In this document: positions 39,051-48,759 of the stretch, one piece after another | Layout: each line of letters opens with the position of its first letter | How positions within the stretch are numbered: position 1 is the first letter of the stretch | From: Arenicellales bacterium | GTDB lineage: Bacteria; Pseudomonadota; Gammaproteobacteria; Arenicellales; JAJDZL01 | DNA: 64,000 bases | NCBI GenBank assembly: GCA_965243305.1 | Contig: CBDEUN010000003.1 | Coordinates: 1,669,845 to 1,733,844 of the forward strand | Direction: 5' to 3' | Translations under genes and position numbers: made by a program | The notes under the pieces: model-generated | Told to the model about the DNA's origin: nothing | Databases searched by the model: none | What the model saw: the letters and a program-made list of their open reading frames with translations, nothing else

Positions 39051-40289
39051 TTACGCATTTCCATCGACGGCTCTGAGCCATGCGGAGCGAGTGATCACGA
39101 AGCTAGCCGAAACACGTTCTTCGATTTCCAGAACTGACGCCGGATTTTGGATCATATGCAGACGAGGAGAAATACTGTCCATGTGCTCGACAAGTGCCAG
39201 TACGTAGTTTTCGTTGTACTCCCGAGCGGCCTTATACTCTGTCGGTGTTAGACTAACCTCGCTGAGCACGCCGAGACTGCTCTTCACCTCAACTACCATT
39301 GCTCTGTTTTCTTGTCGAGCCCATAGATCGAACCCGTAGCCTCGTCGGTGCGTATAGAAAGCCACATCCCAGCCTTGCGCACGTAGCACTTTCGCTACGA
39401 AACTCTCTGCATCTGCTCCGTCATTCTTCGCAGGTGCTGCAGGTGGCGATAGCAGGTATTCGACCTCCGGTGGTTCCGGCATCCTAAGTTGCGACTCGGG
39501 AGTTGCAGGGACTGCTTGTGTGCCAATCCACTGCGGTGTTAACAGCAGCCGCGTTTCCTCACGTACCATACTTGTACCGAGCGAGAACAGCGAAAACGTG
39601 TGAAGCCCGACATCCCGCCAGTTCGAATAGCTTTTGGTTCCTGGTATCCGCTGGCGGACCTCGCTGTGGAGCATAGTCTGTTCCTCAGGTGCAAGCGCGC
39701 GATATTCGGCAATAGCAGCGATTGTTTCAAGGACTTCGTTATGATCGCGTATACGGGAGACGAAAAAGTCAAATTCGTTCCGGTCGATATAACCATCGCA
39801 GTGCTGGAGCACCTGTTTCGTGACTTGATACACCTGTAAGTCAAACTCCCTATACTGTCGTATTCGCCGGGATGGGGTCCAAGGCGCGATCGCAAATCGT
39901 ATAGCAGTTAAGGATTTTTCAAGCACCGTTGCCGGATCATCTGATTTAGCAAGGTCACGACCGAGTTTTGTGAGAGTAATCTCATTCCATCTCTGGCCAT
40001 TTGTACGTTGTAGAAGTTGTAGCGGTTTGTCCATGACTAGCAGGTGATGACGTCGTAACTGCTTGCCCGGATCATCGCGATTGATGTCAACTATCTTTGC
40101 AATTCTTTGATAGTCAAGTTCGGTCAGGTGAATGACACCTCCGCCACCTTTATTCTCCAAATATTCGGCGATACCTTTTAGCCACGACAATGCGACGTGG
40201 ACGCGTGTGATGATAAACCAACCTCGGTCGCCTCGATCCGCCTCTTCGAGGCGGTCAACTAGTTCGCGATGAACCACCTTTAGACTCAT
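39051..40289 (-). CDS. Putative restriction endonuclease: N-terminal recognition region plus C-terminal DUF3883-like PD-(D/E)xK domain
   Basis: C-terminus AESFVAKVLRAQGWDVAFYTHRRGYGFDLWARQENRAMVVEVKSS...LTPTEYKAA...YVLALV matches the DUF3883 nuclease-fold pattern (D...EVK). Lies 91 nt upstream of the MTase on the same strand. Confidence 0.6.
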   Translation of the reverse strand: MSLKVVHRELVDRLEEADRGDRGWFIITRVHVALSWLKGIAEYLENKGGGGVIHLTELDYQRIAKIVDINRDDPGKQLRRHHLLVMDKPLQLLQRTNGQRWNEITLTKLGRDLAKSDDPATVLEKSLTAIRFAIAPWTPSRRIRQYREFDLQVYQVTKQVLQHCDGYIDRNEFDFFVSRIRDHNEVLETIAAIAEYRALAPEEQTMLHSEVRQRIPGTKSYSNWRDVGLHTFSLFSLGTSMVREETRLLLTPQWIGTQAVPATPESQLRMPEPPEVEYLLSPPAAPAKNDGADAESFVAKVLRAQGWDVAFYTHRRGYGFDLWARQENRAMVVEVKSSLGVLSEVSLTPTEYKAAREYNENYVLALVEHMDSISPRLHMIQNPASVLEIEERVSASFVITRSAWLRAVDGNA

Positions 40290-40690
40290 GGATTGCCCCC
40301 GGTCAGTTATGGTTAAAACAACTATTATGGCTATGAATCGATCAAAACCATCTTTTTATGAGGATTTTCAACTATTTCATGAAAGAAAAGCGATTATGCA
40401 CAAACACACTTGCATCACCGTCGCAAACATTGTATTTCGTCAAGCAGGAGGTAGCAGATAGAGGAATATCAAACGTACCTGTTGGGGAGTTTTAATCGTA
40501 ACTGACACCCAAACAGTGCCTTCAATGGATGCCATCTGTCTTTGGAATGCCATATCTATGGAATAATTCCACGCTCCGGAACGCGGACTGAACATGCTGA
40601 TACTTTGATCGCACAGGGGTTGACCACGGCGTGTGACGGATTCGAAGCCTGTCTTTCGCCTTTGTGGGTGTAGCAAATGAACACGACGAC

Positions 40691-41275
40691 TTAGCGCGTT
40701 TGTCCTTCCTTTGCAGCTAAAGCGCTAAACGCGGCAACAGAGGCATCGTGAATTTCAAACCACCGGGCGTGGCCTCCAATCACATCGAAGCTGAAGTTAT
40801 GACCGTCAAGTTCGCGCAAGTCGAGCTTGAGAGGTGAGTTCGGTAGTTCTACTTCAAGCACTTGGCGGAAATTGCCTCGCACTTTCCATTTCGGATCAGC
40901 AGAGCCATGGGCGTATGTGCATCGCACCATATACACGAGAGTACACAACTTCACACTTTCGTCTGCGGATAGAGGATTGGGAGGGATGCCGGCAACCTCC
41001 CAACCTTTGTCGAGTGTTAATGCAGAAGCACCGAGGGCCGATGAAAAAGTAATGGCTGCTGCGCGGATAATATCCTCCAGTTTTCTGAAATGCCCTGGCG
41101 GAAATGTTAGACTATCATGCTCCAATAGAACAGTCTCATTCGTATCAATATTTTCAGGATCGATTTTCTTAAGTTCACAATATGATAGAAGTTCTATAGA
41201 AAATTCTACTTGTAGAAAAGCAATATTGATGTCAGTAAGCGCATCATCCAGCATCATGTCCATTGGTTTCCTCAT
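40691..41275 (-). CDS. Hypothetical protein (194 aa), no recognisable domain
   Basis: Long ORF with coding-like composition, 51 nt downstream of the 291-aa ORF on the same strand. Confidence 0.5.
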   Translation of the reverse strand: MRKPMDMMLDDALTDINIAFLQVEFSIELLSYCELKKIDPENIDTNETVLLEHDSLTFPPGHFRKLEDIIRAAAITFSSALGASALTLDKGWEVAGIPPNPLSADESVKLCTLVYMVRCTYAHGSADPKWKVRGNFRQVLEVELPNSPLKLDLRELDGHNFSFDVIGGHARWFEIHDASVAAFSALAAKEGQTR

Positions 41276-41326
41276 TTATGATGATAATATGTGCCAAATT
41301 TCTCCACAAATCGGAATCCTGAAATT

Positions 41327-42202
41327 CTAGTCGCTAGGTCTATCCGGCGATTGCGCGACGATGGACCACGAAGTCCGATTCCAATAACAAGATGCCTGTA
41401 CGGTGATGTATGAGTAGAGTACAGATTCTTTTTCGATTCTGTCCTGAATAGTATGGGACACGATCTGGTTGTAAAACTGATGCGGAACGGTGGACGTGTC
41501 AATAGTTTCCTGAACGATCTTGTCTGCCCATTTGATTATCGTGGAAAGCGGGATTGGATCGCTAGCATCAAACTGATCTCGGAACCGTTCGGGGAATTCC
41601 TGGCTCTCAACCATCTCTGGTTCGGAGGTGGCCCAACCTTTATTCCCCGGCATGTCGAATGAATACCGATGATGACCTTTCAATTTGGTCGGACGGACGA
41701 AATTGGATGACTCGATCAAGGTGCACCGGGACGTATGTTCCCACAGATTCTGGTGCGTGTGAAATGCCGCACAGGTGTAAGTGACCAGTGCATCGCTACC
41801 GGAAACCATTTCCAATTTTTCAAGACAGGCTTGTTGATTTGAATCTATGTCGTAGCGGAAATATGGATGCTTCCAATAGCTACGTTCCTTTCCTCGCCCG
41901 CTGCCAATGAATTCTGGCCACTTATGTTGAACAAAAAGATTGAAGCAGAACGGCCATAAATGATGGTCGGCAATATCAAATAATTTTTGCCAATGGTCTG
42001 GCGATGGCCGAATGCCAGTTGGAATATGGGGCCAAGAGGGAAACAGATTGAAGATCAATTGTGAATCGGAAAGATATGCAGCATCAAAACCGAGGATATG
42101 CTCTTGAACTGGTCCGGGCATCCAATCGTGTTGATGCAATTGTGTGAATTGGCTGCGAAACTCGGACTCGTACTCTCTCTCACAAAATTCGGCTACTGGC
42201 AT
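41327..42202 (-). CDS. Hypothetical protein (291 aa); weak nuclease-like D...QxK signature
   Basis: GFDAAY ... DIADHHLWPFCFNLFVQHKWPE resembles a degenerate PD-(D/E)xK core. No confident family call. Confidence 0.5.
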   Translation of the reverse strand: MPVAEFCEREYESEFRSQFTQLHQHDWMPGPVQEHILGFDAAYLSDSQLIFNLFPSWPHIPTGIRPSPDHWQKLFDIADHHLWPFCFNLFVQHKWPEFIGSGRGKERSYWKHPYFRYDIDSNQQACLEKLEMVSGSDALVTYTCAAFHTHQNLWEHTSRCTLIESSNFVRPTKLKGHHRYSFDMPGNKGWATSEPEMVESQEFPERFRDQFDASDPIPLSTIIKWADKIVQETIDTSTVPHQFYNQIVSHTIQDRIEKESVLYSYITVQASCYWNRTSWSIVAQSPDRPSD

Positions 42203-42257
42203 TTTGTATATCCGTAGTAGGTATCTAACTACAATTTCTTACCAACTTTTCGCAAGT

Positions 42258-44375
42258 CTAATTTTGAACTGAATTTAGCAAGTGATGGAAGTCTGTATAG
42301 TAAGGCACATTTACGTAGACTCGTTCATCGTCAGTTCGTTCAAGGAACAGTCCATGCTGAGCCATTAGTCGTTCAAAATGTCGATTGACAAAGAAAATTT
42401 CTTCAAAATCAGTCCAATTGGTTATTTCCGATTTGAATTCATTCAAATCTTTATTAAACAATTTCGCCCAATTACATAGTTCATGCTCTTCTAATAGCTT
42501 AACCAATTTTGAGTTGGCAGACAGTTCACGATTGATTGCGCTGTAGGTTCCGAATATCGTTGCAAAGAATACGAGCACATTTGAAATTAGATCAGCGGAT
42601 TGAGAATAAAAAGTTTCTATATTACCGTGATTTCTGTACGCCCTTCTCATGTTAGGAATTTCTTCTACAGAACGCTGAAGTGTAGACAATGCTAAATCCT
42701 CATAATTATTGAGTTGTCGTTCATTTAAATTTGAAACAGAACTAGAATAAAACGCGTTAAATACTCTGGATGTAAATGCATAAAGAGATTCTTCATATGT
42801 ATCTTGTATTGGCTTCAACATTTGCTGTGGAAACTTATTAGCCAGCAATTTTGTTAGGGAAGCTATTGCGAGAAAGTTGCAAATTGTCAATTTTGCATCT
42901 TCTTGACGTTCTTTGATTTCACAAATCAAATTTTTGGCTACTGAACTTCTGAACACTAAGTGTGTACTAATTTCGCCATTCGATACTGTGGTAATTGGAA
43001 TTCCCATATCACTATAGTTTTGTGTTTCGATTGGTTCAAAATCTTTCATTGAATCAATGCTGTGCCTAACTCTATTCAATGCCGATTTGTAATCATTGGC
43101 AAATGTAAAACCACTTACGGATTCAACGGGAAATGAACCTGACGCAAATTCAAGGAGCATACCAATTGAATTTGCAACATCAGTTAGAAGACCTTGATCC
43201 CCAAAGTCAAGAAATGAAATTGAGTATTTCTGTTTGTTGCAGCTAACTCCCTTGATTTCCGCTTTACATTTGATAGATTCTCTTTCTGTTGGTATTTCCG
43301 CCTTAGTCTCAGCACAGAACAATTCTTCAATTGAATCAGACAGCGCATTCTTCGATTCATTCTCAATCGAAACAGACAATTTTTCGTCTCGCCCAATATC
43401 ATCCAACAATTTCACTAGATCCTGGGATTCGTAATTTGATAAGAAAAATGCATGTGAACATCGTGATGCATGGAAGTTGAATCTAGATAAATCTAAATTT
43501 GTCTCATTGGAAATTTTTCCGACCGCTATTTTGTTTGGAGTAATCGGTAACAAAACAACCTGCAAATTGTTTGCGTCAACAAAAATAGAAGGGTTCCATT
43601 CCTCTCCATCAAATGCAATGCTTGTACAGTCGGGTAATATTACGCCAGCACCTTCAAGTTCTGTCAATCGCCACTCAAGTTGACTCAGCTGCGATACCCT
43701 TGCGTCTGGTGCAAAGGATTCTTTAAGAACAGATTTATGTTCATTTTCAATTGTTTGCTTTGCGGCTTTGGTAAATTGATTGAGCATCACATCCAATGTT
43801 TTCTGATATTCAGATAAGAACAAACCGCTATTTTCTCGAAAATTGAAGTAGGCACAATTTACCAATGTAGATTCTGAAACTTGCGTAACTTCAAAAAAAT
43901 TTCTTTTTCTTAGTTCTTTGCAGATTAAGCCATATAACTTTTCTGGTGGGTGATTCCGTGGCAGTTTTTTAAACATATCTGTCAGTTCATCGGGCATGTG
44001 TTTTCGAAAAGTTCCTGTAGCAGAAAATGCAATTTCGTTTAACACTTCGCGAAGATAAGAAGACCTTACGGAAAGATGAGCGACTACTTCAGAAATTTTT
44101 TCACTGTCTATTTTCTCTCCGGCATCCAAGTTTCTCAATTCGCTTACCGTCTTTTGAAATTTTCTTTCATATTCTGTCATTAAATCGTCAAGAGATGGTC
44201 TGCCGTCAACCGTTGGTTTGGAATAAAAGTAGTGTTGTGTCGCGGCATCCTTTAGGGCTACTTTTATTCCGTTTGTTGTTCCGCGTCGATACATCCAAAT
44301 TTGATTGTTGCTACCTGGAATGGCAAACGCTTTCAAAAAATGTTGTGGAATGAAATGTTGTTTTTTACCTGCCAT
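42258..44375 (-). CDS. DUF4238 domain protein with about 350-aa uncharacterised C-terminal extension (705 aa)
   Basis: N-terminus MAGKKQHFIPQHFLKAF...HYFYS matches the DUF4238 signature (H-[FY]-[IV]-P-Q-x-[FY]-L). About 30% GC in sampled lines. Start placed at internal ATG 44375. Confidence 0.65.
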   Translation of the reverse strand: MAGKKQHFIPQHFLKAFAIPGSNNQIWMYRRGTTNGIKVALKDAATQHYFYSKPTVDGRPSLDDLMTEYERKFQKTVSELRNLDAGEKIDSEKISEVVAHLSVRSSYLREVLNEIAFSATGTFRKHMPDELTDMFKKLPRNHPPEKLYGLICKELRKRNFFEVTQVSESTLVNCAYFNFRENSGLFLSEYQKTLDVMLNQFTKAAKQTIENEHKSVLKESFAPDARVSQLSQLEWRLTELEGAGVILPDCTSIAFDGEEWNPSIFVDANNLQVVLLPITPNKIAVGKISNETNLDLSRFNFHASRCSHAFFLSNYESQDLVKLLDDIGRDEKLSVSIENESKNALSDSIEELFCAETKAEIPTERESIKCKAEIKGVSCNKQKYSISFLDFGDQGLLTDVANSIGMLLEFASGSFPVESVSGFTFANDYKSALNRVRHSIDSMKDFEPIETQNYSDMGIPITTVSNGEISTHLVFRSSVAKNLICEIKERQEDAKLTICNFLAIASLTKLLANKFPQQMLKPIQDTYEESLYAFTSRVFNAFYSSSVSNLNERQLNNYEDLALSTLQRSVEEIPNMRRAYRNHGNIETFYSQSADLISNVLVFFATIFGTYSAINRELSANSKLVKLLEEHELCNWAKLFNKDLNEFKSEITNWTDFEEIFFVNRHFERLMAQHGLFLERTDDERVYVNVPYYTDFHHLLNSVQN

Positions 44376-44550
44376 AATTGAGTTGGAATTTGAACTTGGT
44401 GCGACTCTTGGAATATTAAGAATCAAACTAGAGACTCCAAGAGATCGTATGATTTCGCGAGATATTACCAAATTCTGCGTAGGTGTGAAGAGGTCTTGAA
44501 CAGTCTATTCTCGATCCATTCAATCGGCGGAGGATCTGCAAAAACTTGAT

Positions 44551-45237
44551 GTGATGAATCAAAGAAGCAGATTACAACTGGAAAGCAATAGCGTTGAATT
44601 GATAATTACAAATCCACCATATGGAATCGAAGGTGATAAACACTATAACAGGAACGAAAGCCACGTAATTGATCGATATGTCAAAATTCCATCCTCCCAA
44701 TACCCTCAATTTTCTGAAGATTGGATTAAAGAGGCAGAGCGAGTCCTAAAACCTAGCGGTTCAATTTACATTGTCTCTGGATACACTAATCTTGTTCACA
44801 TTCTGAATGCACTCCGAAAGACAGAACTTAAGGAGAAAAATTACTTAATTTGGAAGTACAACATTGGTGTCTATACCAAAACAAAATTTGTTTCTTCACA
44901 CTACTACATTCTGTTCTACACCAAGAAAGAAAAGCGAAATACCTTTAATACTTATGTTAAGTATGCAGATTACATAAAGTCTGATCAAGGTGGGTCTTCT
45001 AATTATTCGGATAGAGAAGATGTGTGGGTATTCAATCGAGAATATAAACCCAGCAAAGTTAAGAATAAGAACGAGCTTCCCACCCAGCTCCTAATCAAGT
45101 TAATTCAGTATTCAAGTAATGAAGGCGATTTGGTTTGTGATTTGTTTCTTGGTAGTTTTTCGACAGCAAAGGTGGCAAAAGGTCTTAATCGAGAAGCTGT
45201 TGGATTGGAAGTTAGTGAGAACGCGTTCGATTGCTAG
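44551..45237 (+). CDS. Beta-class DNA amino-methyltransferase (N6A/N4C)
   Basis: Motif IV ELIITNPPYG near the N-terminus, SAM motif I DLVCDLFLGSFSTAKVA near the C-terminus (IV then I order). The N-terminus is short (GTG/ATG at 44551/44554). Confidence 0.75.
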   Translation: MMNQRSRLQLESNSVELIITNPPYGIEGDKHYNRNESHVIDRYVKIPSSQYPQFSEDWIKEAERVLKPSGSIYIVSGYTNLVHILNALRKTELKEKNYLIWKYNIGVYTKTKFVSSHYYILFYTKKEKRNTFNTYVKYADYIKSDQGGSSNYSDREDVWVFNREYKPSKVKNKNELPTQLLIKLIQYSSNEGDLVCDLFLGSFSTAKVAKGLNREAVGLEVSENAFDC

Positions 45238-45632
45238 ATTAGTGAATTTGAAAGGCTTGAAGTGGGGTATCTTCTTCACGAGCTGCCAAAACTACAGGAG
45301 AATCTATTTGTAAATAGCGGAAAACTAATAACCAAAGAAGTGAAAGGAGAAATACTTCGAACACATTCAGAGCATTTTGACTGCGGTATCAAAAAAACAA
45401 TCGTTTAAAATTCTATCTGAGAAATTCGGTAGAGGGTATTGGTCAATTTTGAAGATTGTCGACGGTACCACTAATAAGAGCATCTCGAACAATTGCAACT
45501 TACAATACGAATTAACTTTGTCTGATGCAAAAAATTGATTCGGTTTGCTCTTGACAATTAAACGAAAATACCGATAAACAATTCAAGTGAAATCGGTTTT
45601 AGCTGAACCTCAGTATCTGTGGGGATAATTTC

Positions 45633-46763
45633 ATGCAAATTGATATGCACTACTACTGCACCTTTGCCATGGCAAGAGCAGCCGGCCTTGCGCCAGAAGA
45701 TTCCCGCATCATAGCAACCGCAGCTCAGTTTGTGGATGACAATGCAGGAAAGGACACAATTAAATTTAAAGACGGTGCACGACTCGATGTTGATGCGACC
45801 GCACATCATTTTTTGGATGTCGCGAATATTGACCCAGAAGATCAGCGTCACGTTTGGGTACCTTTTCATTTCATCCCCGGGAATGAAGGCGAGGAATACA
45901 CGGAGAAGCTGATTTGTCGCAAAAACAGTAGGGTAGCCCAAGAACTAGTTCACCACCATATCCAATTATCGGAAAAGAACTATTACCTACCTTTGTTGGG
46001 AATTACTGCACATGTGTTTGCCGGCACTTTTTCTCATTACGGATTCAGCGGAGTTTCTTCGAGAAAGAATAGGATAAATGAACAAACCTTGAATATCGTA
46101 AACGAAGACCAGTTCGAAGAAGATCTACAAAAACATATCAGTCATAAGGGGGAGCGATTTCGAAATCGATACGGTCGAGAGGGTGGGTTCCTGCCGAACA
46201 TAAAACGATTGTGGCAATCAGTGAAATCCGAAGCAGCGGAAACCGGTTCTGGCGCGCTCGGTCATGGGGCGGCACTCACTTATCCGGACCGGCCTTATAT
46301 GCACTGGTAATTCGAGTACGAAGATAAAAACGGAATGGGAAGGAGTGGTATTCAGGAACGCAACAACCCAACTACCTTTCTCGAAGGTGCAGAAGCACTT
46401 CATAGCATGTTCAGGGAAATTAGAAATTTCCGCGATGTGGAAGGAGCGGACAACGGTCGGGAGTGGGAGAACATCTCGGAGCGAATCAAAGAAATTATTG
46501 AACGACCCGGACGTAAGCAGGAACGTATCGGGTATTGGCAAGAAGCTGCCAATTGCGGAGACCTTTATGAAGGGCCAGGAGAGTGTATCCCAAGCTACGA
46601 GAACCACGATTGGAACGAGCAGCGCGAACATTTAGCTGAAGACATAGTAAATTCTTCAGCAGTGTTCCGAAAACCAGTATTTCAATTTTACCAGGCCGCT
46701 GCAGCTCATCGCGTATATGTGCTGAGAGATCTTTTGCCACGTCACGAATTGCTAGGCAATTAA
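45633..46763 (+). pseudogene. DUF6765-like protein gene interrupted by one in-frame TAA (46308-46310)
   Basis: MQIDMHYYCTFAMARAAGL... reads through ...YPDRPYMHW*FEYEDKNG... in the same frame into the 46335-46763 ORF. The family name is recalled from memory. Confidence 0.55.
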
Positions 46764-46796
46764 CTTGTGGATTTGCTCCTCGTCCTCCCTAACTAG

Positions 46797-47075
46797 GTGA
46801 TGAGGAGTTGCGAATCCAACCAAAAAAACTTCGGATACATAATGTCAGTAATTCAGAATAGTAATCCGTTTAATCTTCAATTTCCCAATCTCAATGGTGA
46901 AAGAAATGCACTACTCATGGCAGGTAGTGTGTTAACTGAAATTGCAAAGACTCTGGGTTTTCAGAATAGATTTGACTACGAAAATGCGGTTCAGCAGTTG
47001 CTGAGAACAGACAAAGAATCGCTACAATCTATCAGAGGACAATTCAATGGCTTAACCAACCAGCTGAATGCGTAG
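46797..47075 (+). CDS. Small hypothetical protein (77-92 aa)
   Basis: ORF only; the likely start is MSVIQNS at 46842. No domain recognised. Confidence 0.3.
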   Translation: MMRSCESNQKNFGYIMSVIQNSNPFNLQFPNLNGERNALLMAGSVLTEIAKTLGFQNRFDYENAVQQLLRTDKESLQSIRGQFNGLTNQLNA

Positions 47076-48759
47076 TCACGTTTCCGTAATTCAATATTTT
47101 TCTGATTCACACGTTTAGCCGCAAATTGAATAAGGAATATAGAGTAGCCAATGCTCTACTACGATATTTCTACAACCACACTAGATTTTTAGTTTGTTAG
47201 TGATGAATTTTGCAGTCGCTAAGTATGGGTATTGATCCTGCAGCGAAAACGGTTAGTACAATCGAGGGATATCACAATTCAAAATGAGACTAGTAATAGT
47301 TGGTTCGAAATGCGTTCACCTTTGAGCTAAATCATGCTGATACCAGATCATGAGTCAGAAATAGATTACCTGAACTACGAGGCCATCTCGCAGACCGTCG
47401 TAAGAATACTGAAAGATGATCGCGAGCATCCATTCACAGTAGGTATTCACGGAGATTGGGGAGCGGGCAAATCAAGTATTTTGAAGATGATCGAAACCGA
47501 GTTGAGCTCTGATGAAAATGTAGTCGTACTCTGGTTCAACGGATGGACGTTTGAAGGATTCGATGACGCTAAAACGGTCCTTATCGAGGCTATAGTTACT
47601 GAGTTATGTCGCCAGCGGCCGACTCTCCAGAAAGTAAAAGAAAAAGCAAGCAAGCTCCTGCAACGAGTCAACTGGCTCAAAGTTGTCAAGCGTGGCGGTG
47701 GTGTCGCTTTCAATGTACTGGCAGGTCTCCCATCACCAGATCAAATTGAGACGGTGTTGCAAGCGTTACGAGGCTATAAGCAGGATTTCAAAAATTTTGA
47801 AGGAAGTGAAGCACTGGACAGAGTAGAAGAAATTGCCGGATTTCTGGAACTTGGAGAGCATAGCGATAACCTGCCCGAAACGATTCATAAGTTCCGCGAG
47901 GACTTTCAAGACCTCCTCAATGAAGCAGAGATCGAACAGCTTATCGTACTAATTGATGATCTGGACCGTTGTCTGCCTGCGACTGCAATTCAGACTCTTG
48001 AAGCAATTAGGCTTTTCTTATTTGTTCCTAGGTCGGCATTTGTGATAGGAGCTGATGAGGCCATGATCGAATATGCTGTGAGACAACATTTTCCGAATTT
48101 GCCCACGGTGTCGGGACCATTGACGTATACTCAAAACTACTTGGAAAAGCTAATTCAAGTGCCATTCCGCATTCCAGCGTTAGGAGTACCAGAAACACGA
48201 ATCTACGTGACCTTGCTGCTCTTGCGGAGCTTCGTCGGTGAGAACCACGATGGTTTTAAAAATCTGTTGGTGAATGCCAAAGATTGCCTGAAGGAGCCAT
48301 GGCAAGCGGCTAATCTGTCACAAGAAGAAATCCAGAAAGTTGATGAGAATGCCACAGATAAACTGAATTCTGCCTTCATGCTTGCACAGCAAATTGCACC
48401 AATTCTTGCGGAAGGCACCAAAGGTAATCCACGTCAGATAAAGCGCTTCCTTAACACCATTCTTATCAGACAAGTCATAGCTGAAGCGCGAGGCATCGGT
48501 CAGCAAATCAAGCGACCAGTATTGGCCAAACTGATGCTTGCCGAGAGGTTTCAGCGAGACTTCTACGAGTATATGTCAACGCAAGCGATGCATGCCAGCG
48601 ACGGTACGGTCTCTGATCTTGTTTTTCTCGAACAAAGCGAGCAATCTGATGGGCCCGACAATGAGAGTGAGAATACCGGCGAAAATAATAGCCAGGAAGA
48701 ACCAAGATTTCAACAAACCGAAAAATCAAATTGGCTTGAACGCGAATGGTTAAAAAAAT

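Noticed and set aside
40440-40676. 78-aa minus-strand ORF in the 400-bp gap between the 194-aa gene and the putative REase
   Set aside because: There are no motifs and the composition is odd. It is more likely a promoter or untranslated region for the R-M operon.
45238-45480. Possible remnant of a helix-turn-helix gene downstream of the small MTase (…ILSEKFGRGYWSILKIVDG… after an A7 run)
   Set aside because: It is only detectable by stitching frames across stops and a homopolymer. The similarity to resolvase-type HTH is impressionistic.
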